64,000 nt of DNA from an uncultured Mycoplasmatota bacterium (lineage in GTDB: Bacteria; Bacillota_I; Bacilli_A; RF39; UBA660), in contig UQRY01000001.1 of NCBI GenBank assembly GCA_900543675.1, positions 2,002-66,001 of the forward strand, written 5' to 3'. Position 1 is the first letter of the stretch. Each line of letters starts with the position of its first letter. The position numbers were made by a program, and so were the translations under genes. The notes under the pieces are model-generated. The model saw only the letters and a program-made list of their open reading frames with translations. It was not told where the DNA came from and did not search any database. Positions 20,601 through 33,800 of the stretch are shown one piece after another.

Positions 20601-23438
20601 TTGGGTATTCCCTAACTCTACCTGAAAATCTTTAATTATTATAGATATAGGAATATTTTCACCTGTGGTATTTCTTAAATAAAAGCCAATATAACCACTA
20701 TCATTTAAGATCATTGTTCTCGAAAATGTGGTCCAGGTACCATCAGAATTTATATTCAAATCCGTCGCAGAATTTCCTGCATAGTGATTTACAAAATTAA
20801 CATCACCTATCTTTGAGCTTTCTTGATATTTAATTTGAAAAGATATCGTTACTTCTTGATTTCGGTATTCAGGTAAATAATAAGAAAAAGTTCTCCAATG
20901 ATTTATATTTGTTGTTAAATAAGACATATAAATCAAATTATTTTCTTCATCTATTTCTAGGGAATCCTCGGCATTGCTACCTTGTCTTCTCCATTTATCA
21001 CGATTTCCTATATCAATCAAGTTTCTACTTGTAATTTGTGGAAGTAAACTATCCAGAATTACTTCCCCATGAATACCTACTTCTGTAATGACTTCCTTTT
21101 CTAATAAAACTTTACTTTCTTCGTAACTAGAGTTTGTATATCCAGTATTGTATTCTTCAGCGATATAACGAAATACATAAGGGGTTTCTTTCTCTAACTT
21201 TTCTAAAGTGATTCTTTCATAGTCAGCATTGATCTTAATATCTTTCATTAACACCAAAGCTTCAGTATTTTTGTTTCTTACTTCTAGGATGACTCTATCG
21301 CTTTCAATAGATAAGTCACTATCTTCAATTCTTACATCAAAATCAATAAAGTCTTCCATGGTAAATTGGTTGATGATTTCTACTTTAGATTCTTTCTTTT
21401 TCGTCATGAATTCTTTTAAATTAGATAGAGTCGTTATATCATAACTGATATCTCCTTGTCTAATCTTTGCCGTTACTTCTATTTCGTAGTTCGTTTTTGA
21501 TTCTAGGTTTTCAATAACTACATCTTGAAAAGTTCCTGTCTTTAATTTATTTACTTCTTCACTACCCAATTGGATTCTACTAACTTCTTCTTTCGTATCC
21601 TGTTTTCTTGTAACGATTGTTACTTGATCTAATAATTCTATTAATCTCTTATCGGTATTATCAATATTTAAATAAAATCTATACCGAGCAGAATCAGAGG
21701 TAATACTCGCTTCTTCAAAAGTTACTCGAATAAATCCTAAAGAACTTAATGGATTGGTACTTACTTTAGTTTCTTTTAATAACTCATTTTCCCTAGTTCC
21801 TCTTCCATCTTCTAAATCATAATCTGCATAAATTCTAACAGTATAAATGATATTGGTATTTAAATTCTCTCCATTGATCTTATTATCTTTGATTTCTCCT
21901 TCTTGGACTAACTTACTGTTTTCATCATAAATTTCATATCTAAAACGATTTAATACAATATCATCTTTATTCTCTACTTCTACTCCTAAAGTAAATCTCG
22001 TAATATCTGTTTCTTCTACCTTGACATTCACAGTAGGTGCTTGCTTAGACGTTCTCGTCTCAAAAGAAGCATTCTCTACTTTCATTTCATTTCCTGCTTG
22101 ATCATAGATCGTAATGGTTCCTTGATAAGTCTGATTACTCTCTAAAGTTTCCCCAGTTTCATAAGTTACTTTTTCTAACCGTTTCATCTTATTAATTGTA
22201 CTACTCGATACTTGAAACTCATTATCTCCTACTTGAACAGTAATCTTCTTTATTCCTTTTAAAGCTTCACTTTCTTCACCATTTAAGAATCCAAATTCTT
22301 CTAACACAATCTTTTTCGCATAAATCTCTCCATTTTGATAAGTCAATTGAATAGGCTCCAAGGTAGACATATCTTTCGTATGAATTGTTTCTTCAATAAA
22401 AGTTCTTCTAATTTGTTTATTCTCTTCATTTAAATAATCATAAGTTCCTACTATCGTAAATTCCGTATCTGGATATAATCCGACTATCTCAATATCTCCA
22501 CTTCCATAGTAAGTCTTTCTTAAGAATAAATTTCCATTTTGATAGATTTCTATCGTTGGACTCTTCGTAATCCGATTATTTTTATCAGTAATCTCGATAT
22601 GTGCTTGTAGAGAATAAACATTCGCACGAATATTCGTTAAAGTAACTTCAGGTCTTACAAATCCCTCTTCTACTTCTTCTTCACTTGGTGGAGTTGTTTC
22701 CTCTTCTTGATTTCCATTATCCTCTGGAAGTTCTTCCTCTTCATCTGTTACTTCTTGTTTTTCTTTAATCTTAATCAAATCTAAAAAGTCTTCGTAAGTA
22801 GTTTGATTATTTTCTATTTCTATTATTGTTTTCTCATCTACTCCAGTTATCTCTTGATAAATCCATGTTTCATCTTTAAATTCATAATACCTAATTTCTT
22901 CTTCTTGAAAGTAAATAATACTGTATATCGGTATTTTTCTTTCTTCGGTTTCTGTAACTACTTTTATCGGAAGCGTATTCATCAGTAAATTTTCCTCTAA
23001 AAGTACAAAGCTATACTTTTCTTCATCTACCTTCAAATAATCAGAAGTATGATATAAATTACCAGAAGCGATAATCGTATTAGGAAAACCATCTACTTGT
23101 TCATAATCTAATTGGATAAATTTATTCGTAGAAGAAAGATTTAAAATCCTACTTCCATCTTTAGAGATTAATGGATAACTAGTGGAAATTTCTTCTTTTT
23201 TGTTTTCCCCTACATAAAGCTTATCTCCTTGTTGATAAATCTTATCCATCTCTTTTACTTGAGTAGTTTCTATTTTCTCTCTATCTTCATTATCCTCCTG
23301 ATATAAATTTGTGGTGATTTGGTTATTCTTTAATAAATAACCATCCATCTCAATAAAACCTACTTCTCTAAATCGCAAAAAGGTGATATAAAAACCTATC
23401 ACCAATACAACCACTAATATGCCGATTACTTTTTTCAT
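14664..23438 (-). CDS. Giant (2924 aa) membrane-anchored surface protein with GLUG-type beta-helix repeats
   Basis: N-terminal TM (MKKVIGILVVVLVIGFYITF) and C-terminal TM plus basic tail (GLYIFIGICTLIGGLFVLLLTYRQKENAAK). Two blocks of GLUG-like repeats (NVGGIIG, IGGIVG, GGVVGW, VGGIVGY, YVGGIYG, YVGGFLGIG, YVGGLIGM, AGGLVGQ). Last gene of the 11-gene operon. Confidence 0.7.
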   Translation of the reverse strand: MKKVIGILVVVLVIGFYITFLRFREVGFIEMDGYLLKNNQITTNLYQEDNEDREKIETTQVKEMDKIYQQGDKLYVGENKKEEISTSYPLISKDGSRILNLSSTNKFIQLDYEQVDGFPNTIIASGNLYHTSDYLKVDEEKYSFVLLEENLLMNTLPIKVVTETEERKIPIYSIIYFQEEEIRYYEFKDETWIYQEITGVDEKTIIEIENNQTTYEDFLDLIKIKEKQEVTDEEEELPEDNGNQEEETTPPSEEEVEEGFVRPEVTLTNIRANVYSLQAHIEITDKNNRITKSPTIEIYQNGNLFLRKTYYGSGDIEIVGLYPDTEFTIVGTYDYLNEENKQIRRTFIEETIHTKDMSTLEPIQLTYQNGEIYAKKIVLEEFGFLNGEESEALKGIKKITVQVGDNEFQVSSSTINKMKRLEKVTYETGETLESNQTYQGTITIYDQAGNEMKVENASFETRTSKQAPTVNVKVEETDITRFTLGVEVENKDDIVLNRFRYEIYDENSKLVQEGEIKDNKINGENLNTNIIYTVRIYADYDLEDGRGTRENELLKETKVSTNPLSSLGFIRVTFEEASITSDSARYRFYLNIDNTDKRLIELLDQVTIVTRKQDTKEEVSRIQLGSEEVNKLKTGTFQDVVIENLESKTNYEIEVTAKIRQGDISYDITTLSNLKEFMTKKKESKVEIINQFTMEDFIDFDVRIEDSDLSIESDRVILEVRNKNTEALVLMKDIKINADYERITLEKLEKETPYVFRYIAEEYNTGYTNSSYEESKVLLEKEVITEVGIHGEVILDSLLPQITSRNLIDIGNRDKWRRQGSNAEDSLEIDEENNLIYMSYLTTNINHWRTFSYYLPEYRNQEVTISFQIKYQESSKIGDVNFVNHYAGNSATDLNINSDGTWTTFSRTMILNDSGYIGFYLRNTTGENIPISIIIKDFQVELGNTQTDYQKYSEKEDYQATFQVNLIDTKQEIVTNDFYIRLYENDQKISDTKYDLENHQIEDFEILKELSRNKEYRIELAIKIRDRFYTLDSLEFNSNEEIRSIHNPDDFFRMHTHGTYLVVEDLDIRNDSRTLNTSLGEEQFNITLDFQGHQLLMENKFDQLIYPGLGPEGKLLNFDLHVYMIGSDTTYYNGIMYSNYGIISNIKITLEEATETPVNQFSLLCGNNNGIIENFIVHIMDNVHVSHEFGFIARASNRGTIRNGYLYGEKIIASYQNISSYQQRVGAVIGISSSNTVLENIYSLIDVDAYLLEESDSNDRVGNLIGYSERSTVRNVYSVAEGENRDLNTDPNLGIINNAQSQNSFYINNSIYNTSHSLKTSKTALWNTTFQDRLLNSSTNQFNVDDFVSYGYYPQLIMNEDMPTQEYIPLPELKDEDLVDIISVDKVDQQGSKAKVTLTVHNPANEKITDISIKDLTTTIISQQDNNGTTALVIEVSNPVRYVSQYFIKSITSRNSFNLPYTREFEEGERVLQIELFKEVSTVDEWLDIKNSLSENYMLTADLDFQNRINPNLGNFSGVLDGNNHTISNLTTTTRNGIIISQLRGTVKNLYVKHAFKTEVHDLDNDGLIGYTTQSNPAVIENVHVSDIELPLTLNVGGIIGSASFNTQIINCSVTNVKLHNSLTPAVNIRIGGIVGSLDNARIENCYVQDLNLETEFSSITGIGGVVGWASYATIQNVYATGTIKANSQNVGGIVGYVPGSINLTNVYSNVNIHTTQGNVGGIIGNLINYSSSQVTNTLVLGDVYSKSSSENVRRTVGNMNVNQNNYAWNNQHMNGLITSQTNGETLLTTEQLNDPFTYQNFIQLGSAFKIDNLEENQLPYLYYKDTAELLPNQTKNYLTEYEFEVTEIEVFPSIDSAYILLRLQNEDNLPVNNAKIDGLTVTEIRKNVTENGVTTLELSVKPDKAYDSYELQEIVYQKDGVEQTYNIAVKIDLQFYKDIESFEDWQKISTTDPENYRLIADIDFSDKVNVNTGVVFNRLEGTDNGHTLKNLEIVSTKNNLSLIKQIDTSISNVIFDNINISSTASGNYAAVIQYTYGTMQGLTFQNIIVNAPKMAYVGSISQSYSTSIENIRLNNVTVSGNNQAAGFVGQMTEADVKNIILKTVNVKGSSNNVAGLVGNIANITSTQAKHFYIDADDVHVTSTGGTFHGILYGSGGCSNSTIKNSSVDGYSQVGGIAGYNSAYDISQVIIENSQVSGNQYVGGIYGNGYRSISYSYIINSEISGKNSTSTYVGGFLGIGGGNVFNSGIYHSNIVNPGNYTGGITGGEASSIYLNSIQDCVISGNNYVGGLIGMTDGVNAGRTFRDNTIQATINASGSGAGGILGYYQNNYIDTAGSGLHYIYSNLIENSSISASYNAGGLVGQVDAMKTANQIYNNIIVANVEAVNDPSTAGIVVGNGDALTTTMRDTLIYENSQLNGEIVSDLDIIGIEEKNYGTASDLATQITYTNRGFSSNEFDFSPLSTGYYPILRNTPGQELIPLPTSTFQLSTMSLAYQMNYMRSLPQVIAYSSGINTVNLEFSELNEYVTVYVNDTPYSLTDKTMTFYYDYQTDLRIVVTDGLNAKEYIFTPDDVKKTILTIGNHYYYLSDGKLITNESKEYNDTFIHLYDHYALTSDGRVLDLESGVYQENNITNLSRRQNNIPLYNFTYQNQKIDTYYSYSLIDQEKEVDNQVFIKNGKVTMLKSDLMYYGDQLIIDSYNNKDYLFVLGSDGKLYSLKSEIKYPNDFKNKEIVEMSSNILGNSSFVLVRYEDGSIYGFDYRTGVRIISTIDKEVTIIDYFTDRVRSTYQDTFDESYQSAYQETQKLVTKLEEKSLEQVIDSKEKDTYEYVEVYDPVKKTYDIYEASGYLNGSSKVETIAVDYNKSINDNIYQDYALYSYYHTSLPGKVVGTKVNGLYIFIGICTLIGGLFVLLLTYRQKENAAK

Positions 23439-23451
23439 TCTATCACTTCCA

Positions 23452-24189
23452 TTATGAGAGATTATCTAAATAGTTTAAATTTTTCATTAATAATCTGGTA
23501 TTTTCACCATAGATAATACCATCAATACTGACATTTAACTGATACCCATTTCCTAAAACAAATACATCACCCGTAATATTTTCTTCTATGAATGCGTTAT
23601 CATTCTTATAATCATAAACCATAAGTTCACCATTATAATTAAAAACCAGATAAGAATAAGGAGAAAGCGGTATTGTTCTACCATCAGGTAATTGAATAGT
23701 TACTTCTTCTAAGAAGAAATATAGATCATTACCATCATAAAGAAAAGCATTTTCAATTAAATAATTAAGTCCCCTATTGGTTAAATAACTATCTACACCA
23801 GTACCATCTAAAACAGTAAAATAAGGAATCTTACGTTGTTGACCATTCGATTTAGGAAATACAACTGACATATCTTTAGGAAAGATTACTTTTTTTTCTT
23901 TTTGATAATAGAATGGATCAGAATCAAGTTCTACCACTTCATCATTGACTTTTAATTCCGTTATTTCTTGTTCATTACTAATCGTTAAAGAAGTATCATA
24001 CATAAACTTTTGAGTACCAAAATATTGATACATAGAAGCATCTTCTACTGTATAAGTTTCTAATTCTTTCTCTACTTGACGTAACAGTAAAACAACCCCA
24101 ACACCAATTAGTATAACTGCCAAACCAATCAAAAATTTAACGAAATGTTTCTTAAAAAACAGTCCTAATTTCTTCTTAAACTTTTTCAT
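23452..24189 (-). CDS. Membrane-anchored protein (N-terminal TM, extracytoplasmic domain), operon member
   Basis: 245 aa; basic N-terminus then TM (FLIGLAVILIGVGVVLLL); 13-nt gap to the giant gene, 1-nt gap to the upstream gene. Confidence 0.45.
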   Translation of the reverse strand: MKKFKKKLGLFFKKHFVKFLIGLAVILIGVGVVLLLRQVEKELETYTVEDASMYQYFGTQKFMYDTSLTISNEQEITELKVNDEVVELDSDPFYYQKEKKVIFPKDMSVVFPKSNGQQRKIPYFTVLDGTGVDSYLTNRGLNYLIENAFLYDGNDLYFFLEEVTIQLPDGRTIPLSPYSYLVFNYNGELMVYDYKNDNAFIEENITGDVFVLGNGYQLNVSIDGIIYGENTRLLMKNLNYLDNLS

Positions 24190-24190
24190 A

Positions 24191-24722
24191 TTATTTTTCT
24201 CCTTTTTTTAGTTTTCTTTGAATATGCTTATTTTTCTTCACTACATAATCAATATCCTTAATCGTAAAATAAGTACCATAAACAAACGTAAAAATAAGTA
24301 ATAGAATATAAATCAATACTACATACCAAACACTCTGTACTTGAAAAATATAATCATGAAAAATCATCTTAGAGAATAATACAAAATACAAGATAATAGA
24401 ATTTAAACTATCTAATAGTATATAAAAATATCTTTTGTTGAGTAAGTTATACAAAATACCTGGTATAAGTAAAAAATAGAAATGAACATCTTCAAAAATA
24501 GAAACATAATGATTTTGAAAAAGACAGTAAATAAAGAAAATATAACGAACAAGAAGAAGAGAAATGGATATGGTATTCATCGTAGTAAGTCCTAAGAAGA
24601 TACCATATATTTTTAATTTTCTTCCTTTGGGATTAAATTTCTTAAGGATTAAAAAGGTAAGAGCAATGATTAGAAAAACAGTAATGGAAAAGGTAACAAT
24701 GAAAGGAAAAAGATGAGCAATT

Positions 24723-24739
<17 letters not shown>
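24191..24739 (-). CDS. Polytopic membrane protein (about 5 TM), operon member
   Basis: 182 aa, hydrophobic throughout; overlaps the epsilon-like gene by 17 nt; not recognisably an F0 a-subunit. Confidence 0.45.
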
Positions 24740-27104
<2,365 letters not shown>

Positions 27105-27112
<8 letters not shown>

Positions 27113-28442
27113 TCTTCTTATCCTCTAAAAAGGAAAATTTCTGAATCATTTCACTCTCACTACAAGGAGAATATTTAGGTTGAATCAATTGATCAAGTAT
27201 CTTTTTTCCTTCAAATATTTTTGTTTGTAACTCTTTACTCATTTCGTCGATATTGGCCAATTCATAAATTTCTCTTGTTTCCAAATAACTAAGTAACTTA
27301 CGTCTTACTGTAGCTCCTAATTTTTTCATATCCTGAGTTTGAACTGAACCACCTAAACGGGAAACAGAAAGTCCATAATCGATAGCTGGTTTTTCTCCTT
27401 TTTGAAAACTCTTAGAAGATAATACAATCTGACCATCTGTGATAGAAATAATATTAGTCGAAATATAATCCGTAATATCTCCACCCTTAGTTTCAACAAC
27501 TGGTAGAATCGTTATACTAGCCCCATTTTTATACTGACAGCCTTTTTCTAATAATCTAGAATGTAAATAGAAGATATCTGATGGATAAGCATCTCTTCCT
27601 GGAGATTTTCCAGAAATCAAACTGATCTCTCGATAAGCATCAGCATGTCGTTTTAAATCATCTAAAATAACTAAAACATCATAACCTTGCTTCATATACT
27701 TTTCCGCTACTGATAAAGCATAATAAGGAGTTAAAACAAGTACTGGTGGCATTTCATCATTAAAAGCAGTAATGATAATCGTATAACTCATAGCGTTTTT
27801 CTTTAATAAATCATAATATATCTCTTTAACTTCTTTTTTTGTTTTCCCGATCGCACAATAGATACAGATCACATTTTTACCACGCTGATTAACAATCGTA
27901 TCTAAACAAATCTGACTCTTTCCTGTTTTTTTATCCCCGATAATCAATTGTCTTTGACCTCTACCAATCGGATAAATCAAATCAATTCCTGTTATTCCTG
28001 TCTGAAGTGGTCGTTTTACCGCTGTACGATCCATAATCGGAATAGGGTCTTCTTCAATTTTTACTTTTTCTTGATTTTGAAATTTCTTACCAATTAACTG
28101 ATCGATACCAAAAATATTAATCATTCTACCCAAGGCATCTTGAGAAAACTCCCCCATATATTCTTCATTAGTCTGATAAGCCAAATCTCCTATGGTAAGT
28201 TCCTCATCCTTATGTAAAATGGCAACAAATATACGATTGGTCTCAATCTTCGTTACATAACCAAGCGCTTTATTCGCTAAATTGATCTTTTCATAGAAAA
28301 AGACATCATCTAAGCCAACAACTTCGACGATAAACTCTTTCATATTGGTAATTTTCCCAACCCCAAATTGATTATTGTTACTTTCTATTCTCTGCATCTT
28401 ATCATTAACGATTCTGGTTAACTCATCTTCTTTTTCCACCAT
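27105..28442 (-). CDS. atpA: F-type ATPase alpha-like subunit
   Basis: 445 aa; Walker A GDKKTGKSQI; ...YREISLISGKSPGRDAYPSDIFYLHSRLLE...TDYISTNIISITDGQIVL near-colinear with canonical alpha; C-terminal domain shortened. Confidence 0.8.
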
Positions 28443-28453
28443 AGTATCACTCC

Positions 28454-29191
28454 TTATGTAAGACTGTAATCATATAATTTATCTTGATAACGAATCCGAA
28501 TCCCCTTGTATATTTTATCGTTATATATCGTCTTAATCCGTCTATCCAACTGATCATAATTTAAATCCTTATCCCCTACTTCAATATAGATAACAGGATC
28601 ACTCTTTCTGATTTCTACCTCTAAATATTCCAAAAAATCATTGACACTAAATCTCTTAGTTCCTAGATAATATTTTTCTATTTTCTCTCTAGAACTAGGA
28701 GATAATTTCTGGATAAGTTCTAAGAGTAAGTGTTTATCCTCTGATAGTTTGCGATAAATTTCATACTGTCCAATATACTGTTTTAAAGAGACAAGTTCTA
28801 AATAGATTCGATCATTTTCTTCTATTTGGTTTTCTCTTAAAAACATTGCAACGATTTTGTCATTATCCAAATCAAATTCTTCGTCAATTGTCTTCAATTT
28901 CTGTAATAAACCATCTACTTGATATTCAGGTAATTTATCTGAAACACAGACAACAGCCGCATCTTGAAAATTATCTCCTTCTTCTTCCAACCTTATTCTT
29001 TCTTTACTTTTCTCTAATTCAATTAACCTTTTTTCTCTTTCTTCTACTAGATCATCGTAATCTTGGAGTTTTAAAGCAAAATACTCTTTGGATTGATGAT
29101 TAATCTCTTCAACAATTTTCTTTAATAGAAGAACCATGACTAATGTTAAAACAAACAGTACGATAATAACGCCAACAATAACTTCTATCAT
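28454..29191 (-). CDS. Membrane-anchored coiled-coil protein, candidate b-like stator subunit
   Basis: 245 aa; N-terminal TM (IVGVIIVLFVLTLVMVLLL) followed by a charged coiled-coil; sits between the c-like and alpha genes as atpF does. Confidence 0.35.
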   Translation of the reverse strand: MIEVIVGVIIVLFVLTLVMVLLLKKIVEEINHQSKEYFALKLQDYDDLVEEREKRLIELEKSKERIRLEEEGDNFQDAAVVCVSDKLPEYQVDGLLQKLKTIDEEFDLDNDKIVAMFLRENQIEENDRIYLELVSLKQYIGQYEIYRKLSEDKHLLLELIQKLSPSSREKIEKYYLGTKRFSVNDFLEYLEVEIRKSDPVIYIEVGDKDLNYDQLDRRIKTIYNDKIYKGIRIRYQDKLYDYSLT

Positions 29192-29206
29192 GACTCTAAT
29201 CTCGTC

Positions 29207-29464
<258 letters not shown>

Positions 29465-30874
29465 TTATTCATTGATATATTTACTAGTGATCGGAAAATT
29501 GTTTACTAATTGGCCATTATAAACAAAATCCTCCACTCTAATTTCTATTAAATAGCCTAAATTACGATTATCAAAGCTTCCTGTATAAACACCGTTCGCA
29601 ATCTTAGAAACATCAATCGGTTGTTCACTAAGTACTTGATTATCAGAGTACAAGCGAATCGTACCACTTTCTAATTGATAAAGTGGATCAACTTTTAATT
29701 CATAATACAATTTACTAGAAGTAATCTTAGTAAAGGCAAGTTGATAATTAGGTTTCTTCGTCTTTATCTTGACAATATCATCTGTTACTTCTGTTTCTAA
29801 TTCATCCACTGACTTAGCTAGCTGATAACCAAAAGTTATTGTATACTCTGTATTAGGCGTAAGATCTCTAATTGTATACGAAGTGTTTTCCTTATTTAAA
29901 TAAATCTTTTTTGCTTCTACTCCCTCGCTTTGTAAAAGAAGAAAGATCGCATTATACTCATTGTTCGGATCAAAAACTTGATAATGAACGGTCAAACTGT
30001 TCACACTATTATCCACGGATTTCAACGAAACCCAACGAGTTAAATCAAGACGAATTTCATCTTCATTATCTTCTTGTTGTTGCTGTTCGTTCATATCGTT
30101 AATATTTCCTGTCAAATTATTAAAACTATTCACGAGTTGTTCAAAATAATCATCATAATAATTGGTATTATCTTCAGTAGTCGTATCGTCTTCTTCTACA
30201 ACTGGATCTTGATATTCATTACTACTACCAATAATATTTTTTAAATCAATTTCTCGATCAGCTAAAATTAACTTTTCATGAACAACATCGAAATCATACA
30301 AACTTCCCTTGATTACCATAGGATTAATTGTCTTCTCATACATCTCATGATTAGCCAATGTCGCATTCCCTTGTTTATCTAATTCGATAATCAAATACTC
30401 ATCAGTATTTAATCCACTAGTAGAAGTAAACGTACTATCGATCCACAAATACTTACGATCAGCTATCTTATAAAATTGAGGAACATTAGCTTTGACTACT
30501 TCTGTCATCTTGGTTAATTTAGTCACTTCTCCAGTTGTAGAAACTTGATAAAAAGTACCATATAAATACATCTTGTAATCGGTATCATTATAGACAACTG
30601 TACTTGGACCAATCTTATATTTTTCACTGACACCATCTGTTAACATCGTCAAGTAAAACGCATTAGCAAAACTTTTTTTCAATATAGCATCATCCGCAAC
30701 TTCGATATAATTAAAATCATCGTCATATAGAAAACTTCCCTTAGCTAAAGTATAAGTTGATGTATCTAAATTTAATACATAGCGGATCCCATAGAAGAAG
30801 ATCAATAAAATAACGAAAACCAATATAGCAAGTAATACAAACAAACGAATGTTTTTCATTCCTAATTTACGCAT
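29465..30874 (-). CDS. Membrane-anchored extracytoplasmic protein (469 aa), operon member
   Basis: N-terminal TM (IRLFVLLAILVFVILLIFFYG); acidic/poly-Q low-complexity stretch NEQQQQEDNEDE; 3-nt gap to the c-like gene. Confidence 0.45.
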   Translation of the reverse strand: MRKLGMKNIRLFVLLAILVFVILLIFFYGIRYVLNLDTSTYTLAKGSFLYDDDFNYIEVADDAILKKSFANAFYLTMLTDGVSEKYKIGPSTVVYNDTDYKMYLYGTFYQVSTTGEVTKLTKMTEVVKANVPQFYKIADRKYLWIDSTFTSTSGLNTDEYLIIELDKQGNATLANHEMYEKTINPMVIKGSLYDFDVVHEKLILADREIDLKNIIGSSNEYQDPVVEEDDTTTEDNTNYYDDYFEQLVNSFNNLTGNINDMNEQQQQEDNEDEIRLDLTRWVSLKSVDNSVNSLTVHYQVFDPNNEYNAIFLLLQSEGVEAKKIYLNKENTSYTIRDLTPNTEYTITFGYQLAKSVDELETEVTDDIVKIKTKKPNYQLAFTKITSSKLYYELKVDPLYQLESGTIRLYSDNQVLSEQPIDVSKIANGVYTGSFDNRNLGYLIEIRVEDFVYNGQLVNNFPITSKYINE

Positions 30875-30889
30875 CTGACCTTCTCCTTT

Positions 30890-33800
30890 CTAATCTACAA
30901 AGTTATATTGAATAGATTCTTCCGCAATTACTCGATCATCAGTTAAAAACTGCAACTGAATGTAATACACACCTGGCTCTGTAATAGAATCTGGCAATGT
31001 ATAAGTATAATAAGTAACACCACTAGCTGTACTCAAAACCGGAACAAACTCTGCCTGATTATCTATCGCATATCCATTATTACTATAAATAGAATAACGA
31101 ATATTATTAATCGAAGTTAATCGATAACTATCATAAAAAGCTAAATTTACTTTAGTCTTGTCATCTAAATTCGTAACCGCATAGATTTTACCAACGTCAA
31201 CTCCCGCATCATTTAAAGAAGAGGAGACATAAATTTTTTCTTGTTCAACTAAACTATCTGCATCATTAACAACATTCATTGTATATAAAATCTTTAATGT
31301 ATACTGTTTATCCGGTTCGATATTATTTACCGTAAACTTTTGATTATATTGGTCAGTATGATAATCTTTACCCTTATACTCATCAGGAATAATATCATTA
31401 CCCTCTTGATCTAAGATTTGAATACGATAATTATCGTTATAAATTACTTTTTGATAGTCATAAACACTAACTCTAAACGTTAAATCTAGTCCTTTAGAAT
31501 TATCTCTTGTTGAACTAATTCCAATATAGGGTTGACGCAACTGATTAAGCGTATAATAATAGCTACTTTCCGGTTGTAACTCGATCTCATAACTTTCATC
31601 ATTGTTATCAATCATAGTAAATGCTCGAATAACCACTACATATCGCTGTTCTGTTGTTACTCCACTACCTGGAGAAATTTTAATATACTTGGTCATTTCA
31701 CGACTAAATACATAATCTGGATCAATAGCCAAATCTAATTTAGTTAGAACTTCTTCTCCAACTTCATTCATATCTACTTTATATACTTCATAAACCAACC
31801 GATCAAAACCAGTTATTTCTTGTAATTGATAAGTAACTTTTAAATATTTTTCATCATAACTATCCGCTGTATATTCAATATGAATATCTGATGCCCCAAC
31901 ACTACCTAAAGTTTTAAAATAATAATTACGATTATTATTCTGATAATCAACATCGTATAACTGTGTACGTTCATAAGTACCACCATTATCAACATCAGCA
32001 AATACACGAATAAAATAATTTGTTTTAGGGATAAGTCCCTCAATTCGAACTGAACGATCTAAATCGCTAGTAGATACTTCCAAAGTCTGAATTAAATTAC
32101 TTTCTAACCCAGCTTCATCCGTTTGATAAACTTCAATATAAATCTTATCATTTAAAATTTGACTACCACTATCTCCATAAAGCTTAATATTTACATCCGC
32201 ATAAACTAATGCAGCTGCAATATTGGTATTACCATTTTTATCCATAATACTAATACCTGGGATAATCATATTAAATTCAAATTTTTCACTACCATCACTC
32301 GTTGCCTTTAATTGACCTAGTTGTTTAGGAAATAAATATTCGTAGTTGTAACTATAACCACCCTCATCTAATATCAAATCAACATCGACATCTTCTTGTT
32401 TATTTAAATCCGTTAAAGTAATGCGATTTTGTTTTTCCTGTTTTAATTGGAAATGGAATAAAGAACCATTAGCTTGAGGATTAGTCCGTAAATTCAACTT
32501 GCTATCTAAGGAATAATAACTACCATCATAAACACTATTTTCGATCATCTGTAACGCAAACTTATCCGTTTGAGTAGAATCATTAGGATTATATACCGTA
32601 TCGTACCCTAAAACTCCATTATCATAATATAAATATAATTCTGTAGTAACTTCTTGATTCATTAACTCTTCTAAGTCAGCTAAATCAACAACAATAGTAC
32701 CGTTATCAATAACTAAATTATCTAAAGTAACCGTCTTATCTCCAGTAAAAATTAATTTTGCACCCGCTACTCGATCATAAAAAGCAGTATTTTCAGCATA
32801 ATCTAACAAAGTAATAATCACACGATTGGTCTCTAAAGTAAGATTATATGTTTTATTGCTTGCCTTATATGGTAATTCAAAGTTTTGATAAACAAGTGAT
32901 TTTTCTTCTATCCTATCTGTAGTTTTAATCTTTGCTTCCCGAACATATAAAGTTAAATTGCCTGCTCTATTTAAAGGAAACTCTAATTTAGAAAAAGTAT
33001 CTGATACTTGAATATCTAAATTACCAAGAACACTATCATTAATCTTATAATACATCTTATCATCTACTAATACATGATCAATATCACTGTAACGATACGA
33101 CCAAACTAATTTGGAGTTCTGATAAGTAGACGGATAAGTATAAAAGTACGCAGACTGCTTTTCCGCATCGACATCAGACGAACGTAATACTACACCCGTT
33201 TCAGGTTTTGGATAAACCGTCTCCGTCGTACCATCAAAGTTCAAATCTAGATAAGCTTTATAAGTAAAGTAATAACGATTCCCTCGACGGAAGGTATCAT
33301 CCTGGACATTATATGGAGTACCATCTTCCAAATAGAATTCAACATAACCAATACTTCCATCTGATGGGATATCATAACTAAGCGTATCAACTACTTTACC
33401 AGTCACACTATCGATTACCTGATATTCGATTCGTTTCGCATATTTTTTAGAATTATCATAACCTGCTCGAATTCGATAACCAATAATCGTCTCTGGATCT
33501 AGTTCTTCCCGATAACGATCAGGATCACTATTATTACGGATAACATTCACTTCGATCGCATTATTCACATCACTAGGTAAATCTGGAATATAACCGTTAG
33601 TTTTCACCGTAATTACATTGTTTTTAATTGGGATATTATTCTGATATGTCGTATAATCGTAAGCATTAGTCACTTCAAGCGTATAGTATTCCGAAGTCAT
33701 ATCCTGATTTTTCAAACCGAAAAAGCTAGGATCTAACAAGAAAGACTGATCATAATATTCAGCTTTTAAATCACTTTCGTAATCATCGAGATTATGATCA

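Noticed and set aside
21229-21444. Short ORFs embedded antisense or out of frame in large genes: 2201-2407, 13594-13782, 14029-14280, 21229-21444, 22803-22988, 25384-25566, 25591-25833, 26234-26509, 28846-29103, 29872-30102, 41210-41392, 43318-43500, 43702-43929, 44701-44904, 47060-47440, 49661-49909, 50194-50439, 58881-59099, 60057-60245, 60632-60823, 60639-60923 and 61709-61900
   Set aside because: All lie inside longer, well-supported CDSs on the opposite strand or in another frame. They have low-complexity or AT-codon composition and no RBS, so they are treated as spurious.
14664-23438. HExxH zinc-metalloprotease motif in the GLUG giant protein, which would make it IgA-protease-like
   Set aside because: A scan by eye of the 2924-aa sequence found only SHEFGF and similar near-misses, with no HExxH. 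A protease assignment is therefore not supported.
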